Assembly: GCA_025458045.1 (NCBI GenBank)
Contig: JALOTE010000011.1
Location: 4,410 to 68,409, forward strand
DNA length: 64,000 nt
Reading direction: 5' to 3'
Source: Rhizobiaceae bacterium
Lineage (GTDB): Bacteria; Pseudomonadota; Alphaproteobacteria; Rhizobiales; Rhizobiaceae
Below are positions 40,269 to 48,354 of this stretch, piece by piece. Below the pieces are notes generated by a model. It saw nothing but the letters and a program-made list of their open reading frames with translations. It was not told where the DNA came from and did no database searches. A program made the position numbers and the translations under genes. The stretch's first letter is position 1. Each line of letters starts with the position of its first letter.

Positions 40269-40654
40269 GCGAAACAGCAAACCCGGTGGAGGTCGACACC
40301 GCCACCCCGCCTTCCACTTTTTCGGCCTCGGCCATTCCCCAAGAGGAACTGGCGCGGATGACCGACGATATCATCTCGGCCCTGAAAACAGTCTATGACC
40401 CGGAGATCCCGGCCGACATTTATGAACTTGGCCTTGTCTACCGGATCGACATCGAGGACGACCGGTCGGTCAAGATCGACATGACGCTGACGGCGCCCGG
40501 CTGCCCGGTCGCGGGCGAAATGCCGGGCTGGGTGGAGAATGCGGTTTCAGCCGTGGAAGGCGTCAGCCATGTGGACGTCAACATGACGTTTGATCCGCCA
40601 TGGAGCCACGACCGCATGTCGGAAGAAGCCCGCGTCGCCGTCGGTTGGTATTAA
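40265..40654 (+). CDS. sufT: SUF-system Fe-S assembly protein, DUF59/MIP18 family (SufT)
   Basis: DPEIPADIYELGLVY...MTLTAPGCPVAGEMP is present. The start overlaps the sufS stop by 4 nt. Confidence 0.88.
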   Translation: MSETANPVEVDTATPPSTFSASAIPQEELARMTDDIISALKTVYDPEIPADIYELGLVYRIDIEDDRSVKIDMTLTAPGCPVAGEMPGWVENAVSAVEGVSHVDVNMTFDPPWSHDRMSEEARVAVGWY

Positions 40655-40753
40655 ACCCTTCATTCTCTTCGCATAATTGTTCTTGCCGTCACGCATCCGC
40701 CACATTGACGGGGCGGATGCTACTGGACAACGACACTCGGTTCTTGGTGCGCC

Positions 40754-41536
40754 ATGATTGCAAGTCACACACGCCGTCACTTCGCTTCGCTTTGCGCCGC
40801 GGCAGGTCTCTCCTTTGCTTCCGGCTCCGCTCTTGCCGAACAGACCGGGCCCGGCCTATCCTTTGAACTGGGCGGCGGCGTGCAGGTTCTCCCATCCTAT
40901 GAGGGTGCAGACAGTTTCGCCGTTGGCGGCTATCCGATCATCAAGTTCAACCGGCTTGAGTTGAAGAACGGCTTCACTTTGGGCGGGGGCGATGGCCTCG
41001 GCCTTGGTTTCCGTCCATCCTTCAATGTGCGCGGCGAACGCGACGCGGCGGATCACCCGGAACTGCGTGGCTTCAACACCATCAAGACCGCTGTCGAGAT
41101 CGGTGCGGGACTTGACTATGAAACGCAGCATTGGCGGGTCTATGGAGACTTGCGCCGCGGTGTAACCGGTCATGATGGTTTCACCGGTGACGTCGGTGCG
41201 GAATTGATCCTTCGCCCGCTAGACGGTTTGAGCATGACCGCCGGCCCGCGCCTGTCCTTTGCGGATGCCGAATATATGAATACGTATTTCGGTGTCACGC
41301 CTGCGGAGGCCGCCTCTTCCGGGCGCAACGCTTTTGAGGCCGACGGCGGATTGAAAAGCGCAGGGCTGGGCGCAAAGCTGCGCTATGAATTCGGCAATGA
41401 TTGGGGCATTGAGGCCGCCGGATCCTGGGATCGGCTGGTAGGGGACGCCGCCGATTCACCGATTGTCGCCACAGGCTCGCAAGACCAGTTTTCCGCCCGC
41501 ATCGGGATTTTTCGCACATTCAACATCGGTTTCTGA
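40754..41536 (+). CDS. MipA/OmpV family outer-membrane protein
   Basis: A signal peptide ...SFASGSALA and alternating beta-strand pattern are present, with LPSYEGADSF..GGYP typical of the MipA family. Confidence 0.75.
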   Translation: MIASHTRRHFASLCAAAGLSFASGSALAEQTGPGLSFELGGGVQVLPSYEGADSFAVGGYPIIKFNRLELKNGFTLGGGDGLGLGFRPSFNVRGERDAADHPELRGFNTIKTAVEIGAGLDYETQHWRVYGDLRRGVTGHDGFTGDVGAELILRPLDGLSMTAGPRLSFADAEYMNTYFGVTPAEAASSGRNAFEADGGLKSAGLGAKLRYEFGNDWGIEAAGSWDRLVGDAADSPIVATGSQDQFSARIGIFRTFNIGF

Positions 41537-41605
41537 CCGCAGCCTTCGCATTGATGTTTCGTTCAAAGCTGACTATGTTGGTCAGGTATTGTTCGGGAGT
41601 TTGCG

Positions 41606-42001
41606 ATGCCGTTCACCGTCATGTCGATGACCGATGCTGCCGCCGACCGTGTACGCGAGATTGTCGCGTCGCGTGAAGGCGCTCAGGGCGTTCGCGTTTC
41701 GATCAAGAAGGGCGGTTGCGCCGGCATGGAATACCGTGTCGATCTCGTCACCGAACCGTCCGCTAAGGATGACCACATCGAGCGCGACGGCGCGCATGTT
41801 TGGGTTGCGCCCGAAGCGGCGCTGTATCTGTTCGGAACCGAAATGGATTTCGAGGTGACGAAGCTGCGCACGGGCTTTGCCTTCCGCAACCCGAACCAGA
41901 CATCGGCTTGCGGCTGCGGCGAGTCTGTCGAACTCAAGCCAGCCGATTTGAAAGCACTTGCCGAAGCGCGCGGCGAACTGGCGTCAGCCGCGGGGCATTG
42001 A
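41606..42001 (+). CDS. Iron-sulfur cluster insertion protein, HesB/IscA/SufA family
   Basis: GVRVSIKKGGCAGMEY...NPNQTSACGCGESV carries the three conserved Cys. The ATGs at 41621 and 41627 are alternative starts. Confidence 0.88.
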   Translation: MPFTVMSMTDAAADRVREIVASREGAQGVRVSIKKGGCAGMEYRVDLVTEPSAKDDHIERDGAHVWVAPEAALYLFGTEMDFEVTKLRTGFAFRNPNQTSACGCGESVELKPADLKALAEARGELASAAGH

Positions 42002-42005
42002 CGCC

Positions 42006-42347
42006 GTGGAAGACGATGACCTCAGGGACCTGTTCTCCGCCTTCGGCCCCATTTCGATCAAGCGCATGTTTGGCGGCAAAGGCTTTTATGCTGATGGATT
42101 GATCATCGGCGTGATCGTCGACGACGAGATCTACCTGAAAGGTGATGCGGAGACCGCGCTTGCTATCGAGGCGGCAGGCGGTGAACGCTGGGTTTATGCC
42201 AAGGACGGCCGCAAGGTGAATATGCCCTATTGGCGCGTGCCAGGTTCGGCCATGGATGACATGGACGAAATGGCTCAATGGGCGCGGGCGGCACTTGGCG
42301 CATCGCGGCGAGCGGAAGCCGGCAAGGGGAAAAAGGCGAAGCCCTGA
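42006..42347 (+). CDS. TfoX/Sxy N-terminal domain protein
   Basis: IKRMFGGKGFYADGLIIGVIVDDEIYLKGD is TfoX_N-like. The proposed GTG start at 42006 avoids overlap with the upstream gene; the listed ORF begins at 41958. Confidence 0.65.
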   Translation: MEDDDLRDLFSAFGPISIKRMFGGKGFYADGLIIGVIVDDEIYLKGDAETALAIEAAGGERWVYAKDGRKVNMPYWRVPGSAMDDMDEMAQWARAALGASRRAEAGKGKKAKP

Positions 42348-42348
42348 A

Positions 42349-43941
42349 CTATTTCAAACCATTGCGCATGAAGGCGGGCGTGTCGTCGCCAAAGCCGAGC
42401 GGAACAGGTGAATTGTCGTTGTCACGGTCATGGCGCGGCTTGCGCTCATGCTCCCGCGGTTGCGGGTCGCGGGAAGCCTGTGCTGCTTGGGGTTCCGAAC
42501 GTGCATCCCGTTGGCGGCCCTCAGTCTTGCGGTCGTCGCGTTGACGCTGATCGCCTGGACGGATCTCCCGTTGGCGCTCATTGTGCGGTCGCTCTTCGCG
42601 GCGTTTCTCCGGCTTCGGTGTGTCTGCCACGCCGGCTGGAGCCGCCGCGGCGTCCTGAGAAACCGTATCGCCCTTCAAGCCCTTGAACGCCTGCTTCTCA
42701 TGGTCAGGTTTCGGCGCGTGGTCGCGCTTGTTGCCGCCGCGCGGACCACGTTTCGCATCGCGTGAACCGCGCTGAGGCTTGTCGTCGCCGACTTCCTCAA
42801 CCAGCGTCGACATGTCGCCATCATGCCATTCAACGGCGTCGCCCGTGAGCTTCAGGATCGCGTCCAGATATTTGCTGTCGCGCTTGGTGACGAGCATGTA
42901 GGCCGCACCCGAACGTCCGGCCCGGCCGGTTCGGCCGATGCGGTGGACATAGTCTTCTGCGTGGATCGGCACGTCGAAATTGAAGACGTGGCTCACATCC
43001 GGGATGTCGAGGCCCCGCGCCGCGACATCGGACGCAACCAGAAGGCTCAATTTGTTGGCACGGAAGGCTTCCAGTGTCGCCATGCGCGAACGCTGGTCCA
43101 TGTCGCCATGCAGCGCGCCCACCGAGTACTCATGTTTCAAGAGCGAGCGCAGCAGGTCCGCCACATCAACCTTCCGGTTACAGAAGATGATGGCGTTCTT
43201 CAGAGTTGCGGCTTCAGCGTCGATCAATTCGCGCAGCTTGGCCCGCTTTGCCCAGTCTTTCGAGCCGCAGGCGACCAGCTTCTGCGTGATCGTCTTTGCG
43301 GTTTGCGCAGGCTTGGCAACCTCCACGCGCACGGGGGCATGCAGGAACTGATCGGCAAGCCGCGTGATCTCCGGCGGCATCGTGGCGGAGAAGAACAAGG
43401 TCTGCCGCGTCATCGGTGTCAGCTTGGCGATGCGCTCGATGTCCGGGATGAACCCCATATCGAGCATGCGGTCGGCTTCGTCGATGACGAGGATTTCAAC
43501 GCCGGTCATCAGCAATTTGCCGCGCTCGAAATGGTCCAGCAGTCGGCCGGGCGTCGCGATCAGCACATCCGCGCCGCGCTCCAGCTTCTTTTCCTGTTCG
43601 TCGAACGAAACGCCGCCGATCAGCAGCGCGACGTTCAGCTTGTGGTTCTTGCCATATTTGGTGAAGTTCTCTTCCACCTGTGCAGCCAGTTCGCGCGTCG
43701 GCTCAAGAATCAGCGTGCGCGGCATGCGGGCCCGCGCGCGGCCTTTTTCCAGAAGCGTGATCATGGGAAGCACAAAGGCCGCCGTCTTGCCGGTGCCGGT
43801 CTGGGCGATGCCGAGCACGTCCTTGCGCTCAAGCGCAGAGGGGATGGCGGCAGCCTGAATGGGTGTTGGGGTGGAATAGCCCGCGTCAGCGACAGCGCTG
43901 AGCACCTTGGGCGAAAGGCCGAGATCTGTGAATTGGGTCAC
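42349..43941 (-). CDS. rhlE: DEAD-box ATP-dependent RNA helicase (RhlE-like)
   Basis: The Q motif (TPTPIQ), AQTGTGKT, DEAD (VIDEADRM), SAT and HRIGRTGRAG motifs are present, with an Arg/Glu/Asp-rich C-terminal tail. The probable GTG start at 43941 gives (M)TQFTDLGLS. The upstream 59 codons of the ORF lack homology. Confidence 0.9.
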   Translation of the reverse strand: MTQFTDLGLSPKVLSAVADAGYSTPTPIQAAAIPSALERKDVLGIAQTGTGKTAAFVLPMITLLEKGRARARMPRTLILEPTRELAAQVEENFTKYGKNHKLNVALLIGGVSFDEQEKKLERGADVLIATPGRLLDHFERGKLLMTGVEILVIDEADRMLDMGFIPDIERIAKLTPMTRQTLFFSATMPPEITRLADQFLHAPVRVEVAKPAQTAKTITQKLVACGSKDWAKRAKLRELIDAEAATLKNAIIFCNRKVDVADLLRSLLKHEYSVGALHGDMDQRSRMATLEAFRANKLSLLVASDVAARGLDIPDVSHVFNFDVPIHAEDYVHRIGRTGRAGRSGAAYMLVTKRDSKYLDAILKLTGDAVEWHDGDMSTLVEEVGDDKPQRGSRDAKRGPRGGNKRDHAPKPDHEKQAFKGLKGDTVSQDAAAAPAGVADTPKPEKRREERPHNERQREIRPGDQRQRDDRKTEGRQRDARSEPQAAQASRDPQPREHERKPRHDRDNDNSPVPLGFGDDTPAFMRNGLK

Positions 43942-44120
43942 GAGGACGTCTTGTTCCGTGTCTGCCTGCCCGGCTCCAGAATGGCGGGGCGGCGTTGCGC
44001 AGGTTGTGAAAGGGTACGCACGACTTCTGCTTGGCGTTCCATGACGATGTTGCGCTGCAAAGTCAAGGTAATGTCCGGGTTCGGGACTGATGAGGCACGG
44101 GTTTGCGGCCTGCCGCACGG

Positions 44121-44969
44121 CTAAACGGGCGCTTTGCGTTGCCGCAGTTGATAGAAAGAATTGTTCCGGCTCCGGCCGACGCGATCATATCCGCGTGCAA
44201 GGAACGCGGCTGCACACCCAGGATAGTCACGACCGTTGTCGTGCTCGATCACGATGCGCAGGGGCAACAGCGCGTCCGGCGCGGCCCGCAAGAACGGCGC
44301 AAGCGCCTGATCCTCATGGCCTTCAATATCGATTTTCAGCCCGCCGATAGGGCCGACCCCTGCGCCGGCCAGCAGGTCTTCCAGCGTGTTGACGTCGATT
44401 GCGCCGGTGGCGTGCTCTTCGATGCGGACAATCGCCTCATCGTCCTTGCGAACCAACAGGTCGGCGCGGCCCGCCTTGTCACTGACCGCTGAAACCAGCG
44501 TCGTGACATTGCCGAGCCCCGACAGCGCGGCGTTGCGCGAAAGCAGCGCGGCCATGCGCGGGTTGGCGTCAATCGTGACCACCCGTGCCGCCAGTTTCGC
44601 CAAGGGCAACGCGTAGAGGCCGATATTGCTGCCGACGTCGACGAAAATCGCGTCCTTGACGGCGGGGGCGAGAAAATCGAGATCGGCCTGATTGTAGCGC
44701 GGATGCAGCAGGATGCCTTGCTCCATCAGGTTGCGCGCGCCCGTGATCCGGAATGTCGCGTCCCGGAACACCACGTCAATCGCCCTGCCGCCGCCAAGCG
44801 CCATGATCAGGCGTGTCATCAAGGGCCGGAACTGCCCGCGATGCAGGGGGGAACGGCGCGCGATCCCGATGAGCGCTGCTTGCCAGAGTGATGGCGGGCT
44901 TGGCTCGGACGACCCATCGATGCCGGAGGCCCAGCGGCTTGGGTCCAAGGGCACCCAGTCACCGCTCAT
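44121..44969 (-). CDS. FkbM family methyltransferase
   Basis: The SAM-binding-like motif FVDVGSNIGLYALPLA and the tail GGLKIDIEGHE are present. The ATG at 44969 overlaps the lrp stop (ATGA). Confidence 0.75.
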   Translation of the reverse strand: MSGDWVPLDPSRWASGIDGSSEPSPPSLWQAALIGIARRSPLHRGQFRPLMTRLIMALGGGRAIDVVFRDATFRITGARNLMEQGILLHPRYNQADLDFLAPAVKDAIFVDVGSNIGLYALPLAKLAARVVTIDANPRMAALLSRNAALSGLGNVTTLVSAVSDKAGRADLLVRKDDEAIVRIEEHATGAIDVNTLEDLLAGAGVGPIGGLKIDIEGHEDQALAPFLRAAPDALLPLRIVIEHDNGRDYPGCAAAFLARGYDRVGRSRNNSFYQLRQRKAPV

Positions 44970-45442
44970 GCGAGGGCCACCGGGCTGGCATCTTTGATCT
45001 GGCGAATGGTCAGCGCGGTCCGAACGGTGTCCACGCCCGGCGCATGTGTCAGCGTGTCGATGACGAAATCCTGGAACGTCACCAGATCGGGAGCGATGCA
45101 GCGCAGGAGAAAATCGGCCTCGCCCTGGATCGTCCAGGCCTCGCGCACAATCGCCCAGCTTTCGCATTGTGCTGCAAAGCTTCTCAAGTCCGTGTCGGAT
45201 TGGCGGTGCAGCCCGATCAGGCAAAACGCCGTCAACGTCTGGCCAAGGGCAGGAGCGTTCAGCATTGCCCTGTACCCTTTTATGATGCCGGTCTCTTCAA
45301 GTCGTTTCATGCGCCGCAGGCACGGTGGCGCGGAGATGCCCACGCGCGCGGCGAGTTCCACATTGGTGATGCGCCCCTCCTCCTGCAGGATGCGCAGGAT
45401 CTTCATGTCGGTGGCGTCAACATCAATGCGGGTCTGTGTCAT
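44966..45442 (-). CDS. Lrp/AsnC family transcriptional regulator
   Basis: The ATG at 45442 gives MTQTRIDVDATDMKILRILQEEGRITNVELAARVGISAPPCLRRMKRLEETGIIKGY (HTH), followed by a RAM domain. Confidence 0.9.
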   Translation of the reverse strand: MTQTRIDVDATDMKILRILQEEGRITNVELAARVGISAPPCLRRMKRLEETGIIKGYRAMLNAPALGQTLTAFCLIGLHRQSDTDLRSFAAQCESWAIVREAWTIQGEADFLLRCIAPDLVTFQDFVIDTLTHAPGVDTVRTALTIRQIKDASPVALA

Positions 45443-45547
45443 CGGATCGATTTCATTTGGTCCGGCGCGCGCGCGCCGTTCCGGCACGCGTAGCAGCCGC
45501 ACATGGCCGTTTACAAGGCTTCGCCGGCAATCGGCGGTGCATTGGCG

Positions 45548-45572
45548 ATGCGCCATCTTGATTGTGGCGCAT
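45548..45572. promoter_or_regulatory. Perfect 8-bp inverted repeat in the lrp/trxB divergent intergenic region
   Basis: ATGCGCCA-N9-TGGCGCAT, 51 nt upstream of the trxB ATG. It is a candidate operator; the binding protein is unknown. Confidence 0.35.
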
Positions 45573-45622
45573 GTCCGCCCCTAGATGGGTCGAGACCAGA
45601 CGCGCAGCCAAGGCGGACAGGA

Positions 45623-46609
45623 ATGGCGGACCATCACGAAAAGCTCATCATCATCGGTTCCGGCCCCGCCGGATACACCGCCGCCATTTATGCGGCGCGC
45701 GCCATGCTGAAGCCAGTGATCATTGCCGGGATGGAGCAGGGCGGGCAGTTGATGATCACGACTGACGTCGAGAACTATCCGGGCTTCGCCGAACCGGTCA
45801 TGGGCCCGTGGCTGATGGAACAGTTCCGCTTGCAGGCCGAGCATGTGGGCGCGCGCATGGTGCATGACCTTGTCACGTCGATCGACCTGTCGCGGCGTCC
45901 GTTCCGGCTGACGCTCGACGGCGGCGATGTGTGGCATGCCGATGCAGTGATCATCTGCACCGGCGCCAAGGCCAAATGGCTGGGCATACCCAGCGAGGAA
46001 ACGTTCAAGGGTTACGGCGTTTCGGCCTGCGCCACCTGCGACGGGTTCTTCTATCGCGGCAAGGATGTCGTCGTGGTCGGCGGCGGCAACTCCGCTGTCG
46101 AGGAGGCGCTCTATCTCTCCAACATCGCCCGCAAGGTGACGGTGGTGCACCGGCGTGACAGCTTCCGCGCCGAGCGCATCCTGCAGGAACGCCTGTTTGC
46201 CAAGGACAACGTCGAAATCATCTGGGACCATCAGGTGGACGAAGTGCTCGGCCACAAGGCTGAACCGGGTGTTCCGGCCGCCGTCACCGGCGTTCGGCTC
46301 AAGCATGTCACAACCGGCGAGATGCGCGAGATTGCCACCGACGGCTTCTTTGTCGCCATCGGCCACGCACCGGCAACGGAACTGTTCAAGGGCCAGCTTG
46401 AAATGAAATCGAGCGGCTATCTCGTCACCGCGCCGGATTCCACCGCGACGGCCATTCCCGGTGTCTATGCGGCGGGCGATGTGACCGACGACATCTATCG
46501 TCAGGCGGTCACGGCGGCAGGCATGGGCTGCATGGCGGCGCTTGAGGCTGAGAAATTCCTTGCCGCTGCCGAAATGGCGGACAAGACTGCGCGTATTGCC
46601 GCTGAGTGA
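45623..46609 (+). CDS. trxB: Thioredoxin-disulfide reductase
   Basis: The ATG at 45623 gives MADHHEKLIIIGSGPAGYTAAIYAARA. The redox motif ACATCDG and the NADPH motif VVGGGNSAVEEA are present. Confidence 0.95.
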   Translation: MADHHEKLIIIGSGPAGYTAAIYAARAMLKPVIIAGMEQGGQLMITTDVENYPGFAEPVMGPWLMEQFRLQAEHVGARMVHDLVTSIDLSRRPFRLTLDGGDVWHADAVIICTGAKAKWLGIPSEETFKGYGVSACATCDGFFYRGKDVVVVGGGNSAVEEALYLSNIARKVTVVHRRDSFRAERILQERLFAKDNVEIIWDHQVDEVLGHKAEPGVPAAVTGVRLKHVTTGEMREIATDGFFVAIGHAPATELFKGQLEMKSSGYLVTAPDSTATAIPGVYAAGDVTDDIYRQAVTAAGMGCMAALEAEKFLAAAEMADKTARIAAE

Positions 46610-46624
46610 ACGGCCGGAGGGCGC

Positions 46625-47524
46625 ATGGGCCTTGATTGGGACAAGCTGCGTGTGTTCCACGCCGCGGCCAAGGCGGGGTCGTTCACCCACGCCGCCGACG
46701 CGCTCAACCTGTCGCAATCGGCCATTTCGCGACAGGTGAGCGCATTGGAGGAAGAGGTCGGCGTCGCCTTGTTCATGCGCCATGCGCGCGGACTGAAGCT
46801 CACCGAGCAGGGCGAAATGCTCTACAACACGGCCAACGACGTTCTGGTGAAGCTTGAGAACGCGCGCATCCAACTCGCCGAAACCAAAGACCACCCGGCA
46901 GGCACGTTGCGCGTGACAACGACGGCCGGTTTCGGCTCAGGCTGGCTCACCGACCGTATCCCCGAATTCATCGAGGCTTATCCAGACATCAATTTGCAAC
47001 TGCTGTTGTCGAACGAGGAGCTGGACCTTTCGACGCGGGAGGCCGATTGCGCGATCCGCCTCAGCCAGCCGGTGCAGCCTGACCTGATCCAGCGTCGGCT
47101 CTTCACCGTGCATTTCCATGTCTATGCCGCGCCGTCCTACCTTAACCGGCATGGCATGCCGCAAACGCTTGCCGACGTGGCCGGCCACCGTCTCATCACC
47201 TTCGGCGCACCGGTTCCAGCCTATTTGCGTGATGTGAACTGGCTGCAGATCGCCGTTTCGGAGCTGGCGATCGGAGAGCCATTGAAGTTGCTTCAGATCA
47301 ATGATCTTCGCTCGATCCGCCGCGCCTGCGAGGCCGGGGCGGGGATTGCCGCACTCCCGGCCTATCTCGTGCCGGACGGGTCACCGCTGGTGCGCCTGCT
47401 GCCCGGCGTGGAAATGCCAAGTTTCGACACTTATTTCTGCTACCCGGAGGCAATCAAGAACGCGGCAAAGCTGAAAGCGTTCCGCGACTTTCTGCTTTCC
47501 AAAGCGAAGAACTGGCAGTTCTGA
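46625..47524 (+). CDS. LysR family transcriptional regulator (LsrB/VtlR-like by trxB linkage)
   Basis: The HTH MGLDWDKLRVFHAAAKAGSFTHAADALNLSQSAISRQVSALEEEVG is present. The gene lies 15 nt after trxB, the arrangement I recall for lsrB in Sinorhizobium. Confidence 0.85.
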   Translation: MGLDWDKLRVFHAAAKAGSFTHAADALNLSQSAISRQVSALEEEVGVALFMRHARGLKLTEQGEMLYNTANDVLVKLENARIQLAETKDHPAGTLRVTTTAGFGSGWLTDRIPEFIEAYPDINLQLLLSNEELDLSTREADCAIRLSQPVQPDLIQRRLFTVHFHVYAAPSYLNRHGMPQTLADVAGHRLITFGAPVPAYLRDVNWLQIAVSELAIGEPLKLLQINDLRSIRRACEAGAGIAALPAYLVPDGSPLVRLLPGVEMPSFDTYFCYPEAIKNAAKLKAFRDFLLSKAKNWQF

Positions 47525-47634
47525 GCGCTGTTGCGGGGGGGGGCGCACAGGCTTGAGCCCGGCCAAAGCTCGGCGCTTTTCGGCAAAAATCATCATCCAT
47601 TCACTCTGGATTGTGATCCGCCTAAAATCCTGCC

Positions 47635-47741
47635 GCGTAAACTGGAATGGAATGCGGTTGATCCTCCCCGCTTCCATTGACGGTTCCCGTGTCCCCGCAC
47701 GGACTGTTTCATTGGCCGGGCCAGGTGCCCGGCCTTTTTTT
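47635..47741 (+). ncRNA. Candidate trans-acting sRNA, AbcR (alpha-r15)-like architecture
   Basis: The promoter-like element is TTCACT (47600-47605), a 17-nt spacer, then TAAAAT (47623-47628). Hairpin 1 pairs 47646-47657 with 47668-47678 around the loop TTGATCCTCC. Hairpin 2 pairs CCGTG with CACGG around the loop TCCCCG (47687-47702). The terminator is GGCCGGG-N7-CCCGGCC followed by T7 (47714-47741). The 5' end is estimated. Confidence 0.55.
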
Positions 47742-47790
47742 CTCGTCCTTCGATTGCCGGCAATGCGGTATGCGCGCAGGATTGTGTGTT

Positions 47791-48207
47791 TCAGCCCTGC
47801 GGGACCGTCGGCTCCGGCGCAACGCCGCTGACAACCCCGCCCGAAACCGCGCAGCGCCAGTTGACGAGCGGTAGCCCCGCGCCGATGACGATGCTGGTCG
47901 CGCCTTCGGCAAAATCGCTGGAGATGATCACCACGCGCTGCTGCCCCGAAGCGCTGCGCACCGCGCCAAGGCAGGCCGCTTCATCCGCATTCGGCGGTGT
48001 CATGGTCTGTCCGGCAAGGGCCGGGGTTGTTGCCGAAAGCGGGTCGGCAGAAGGTGTTTCCGTGCCGGGTGCCGCGATGCCCGTTGCAACTGGCGGCGAA
48101 GAAGCAGTCGGCGCGGTGGCGGCCGGCGGGGGCGCGCTTTGCGTGCAGGCGGCAAGAACGATCACGGCCGGGATCAGACACGCGGTTGCAGGCAGGAAAC
48201 GGAGCAT
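47791..48207 (-). CDS. Hypothetical lipoprotein
   Basis: The ATG at 48207 gives MLRFLPATACLIPAVIVLAAC (lipobox LAAC), then an Ala/Pro-rich linker and a small globular domain. I recognise no family. Confidence 0.55.
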   Translation of the reverse strand: MLRFLPATACLIPAVIVLAACTQSAPPPAATAPTASSPPVATGIAAPGTETPSADPLSATTPALAGQTMTPPNADEAACLGAVRSASGQQRVVIISSDFAEGATSIVIGAGLPLVNWRCAVSGGVVSGVAPEPTVPQG

Positions 48208-48302
48208 GGACGGGTCACCGATGAGAAGGGTCAGTCGCTCTATGGCGGTCTTTGCCACGCCGGCCAACCCTGTGGCGACGTCTTCACCATCAAGATAGGC
48301 AA

Positions 48303-48329
48303 CAAAAAACCCCGGCGTCGCCGCCGGGG
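48303..48329 (-). terminator. Rho-independent terminator of glnA
   Basis: On the minus strand, CCCCGGCG-gcga-CGCCGGGG is followed by TTTTTTG, 26 nt after the glnA stop. Confidence 0.75.
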
Positions 48330-48354
48330 TCCGGTGTTCGATCCAGCCGGTTGA

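Noticed and set aside
42823-44124. A 433-aa plus-strand ORF.
   Set aside because: It is antisense to the DEAD-box helicase gene.
45581-46894. A 437-aa minus-strand ORF.
   Set aside because: It is antisense to trxB and the lysR start.
47536-47543. A G8 homopolymer 12 nt after the lysR stop codon.
   Set aside because: It could be a slippage-prone tract, but it lies outside any CDS and upstream of the proposed sRNA promoter, so I see no functional consequence. It may simply be a sequencing-error-prone spot.
47786-48298. A 170-aa plus-strand ORF competing with the minus-strand lipoprotein ORF.
   Set aside because: The minus-strand product has a lipobox signal peptide and a plausible globular tail. 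The plus-strand translation is featureless and Ala/Gly/Pro/Ser-rich. Neither has homology I can recognise, so the confidence on the retained call is modest.
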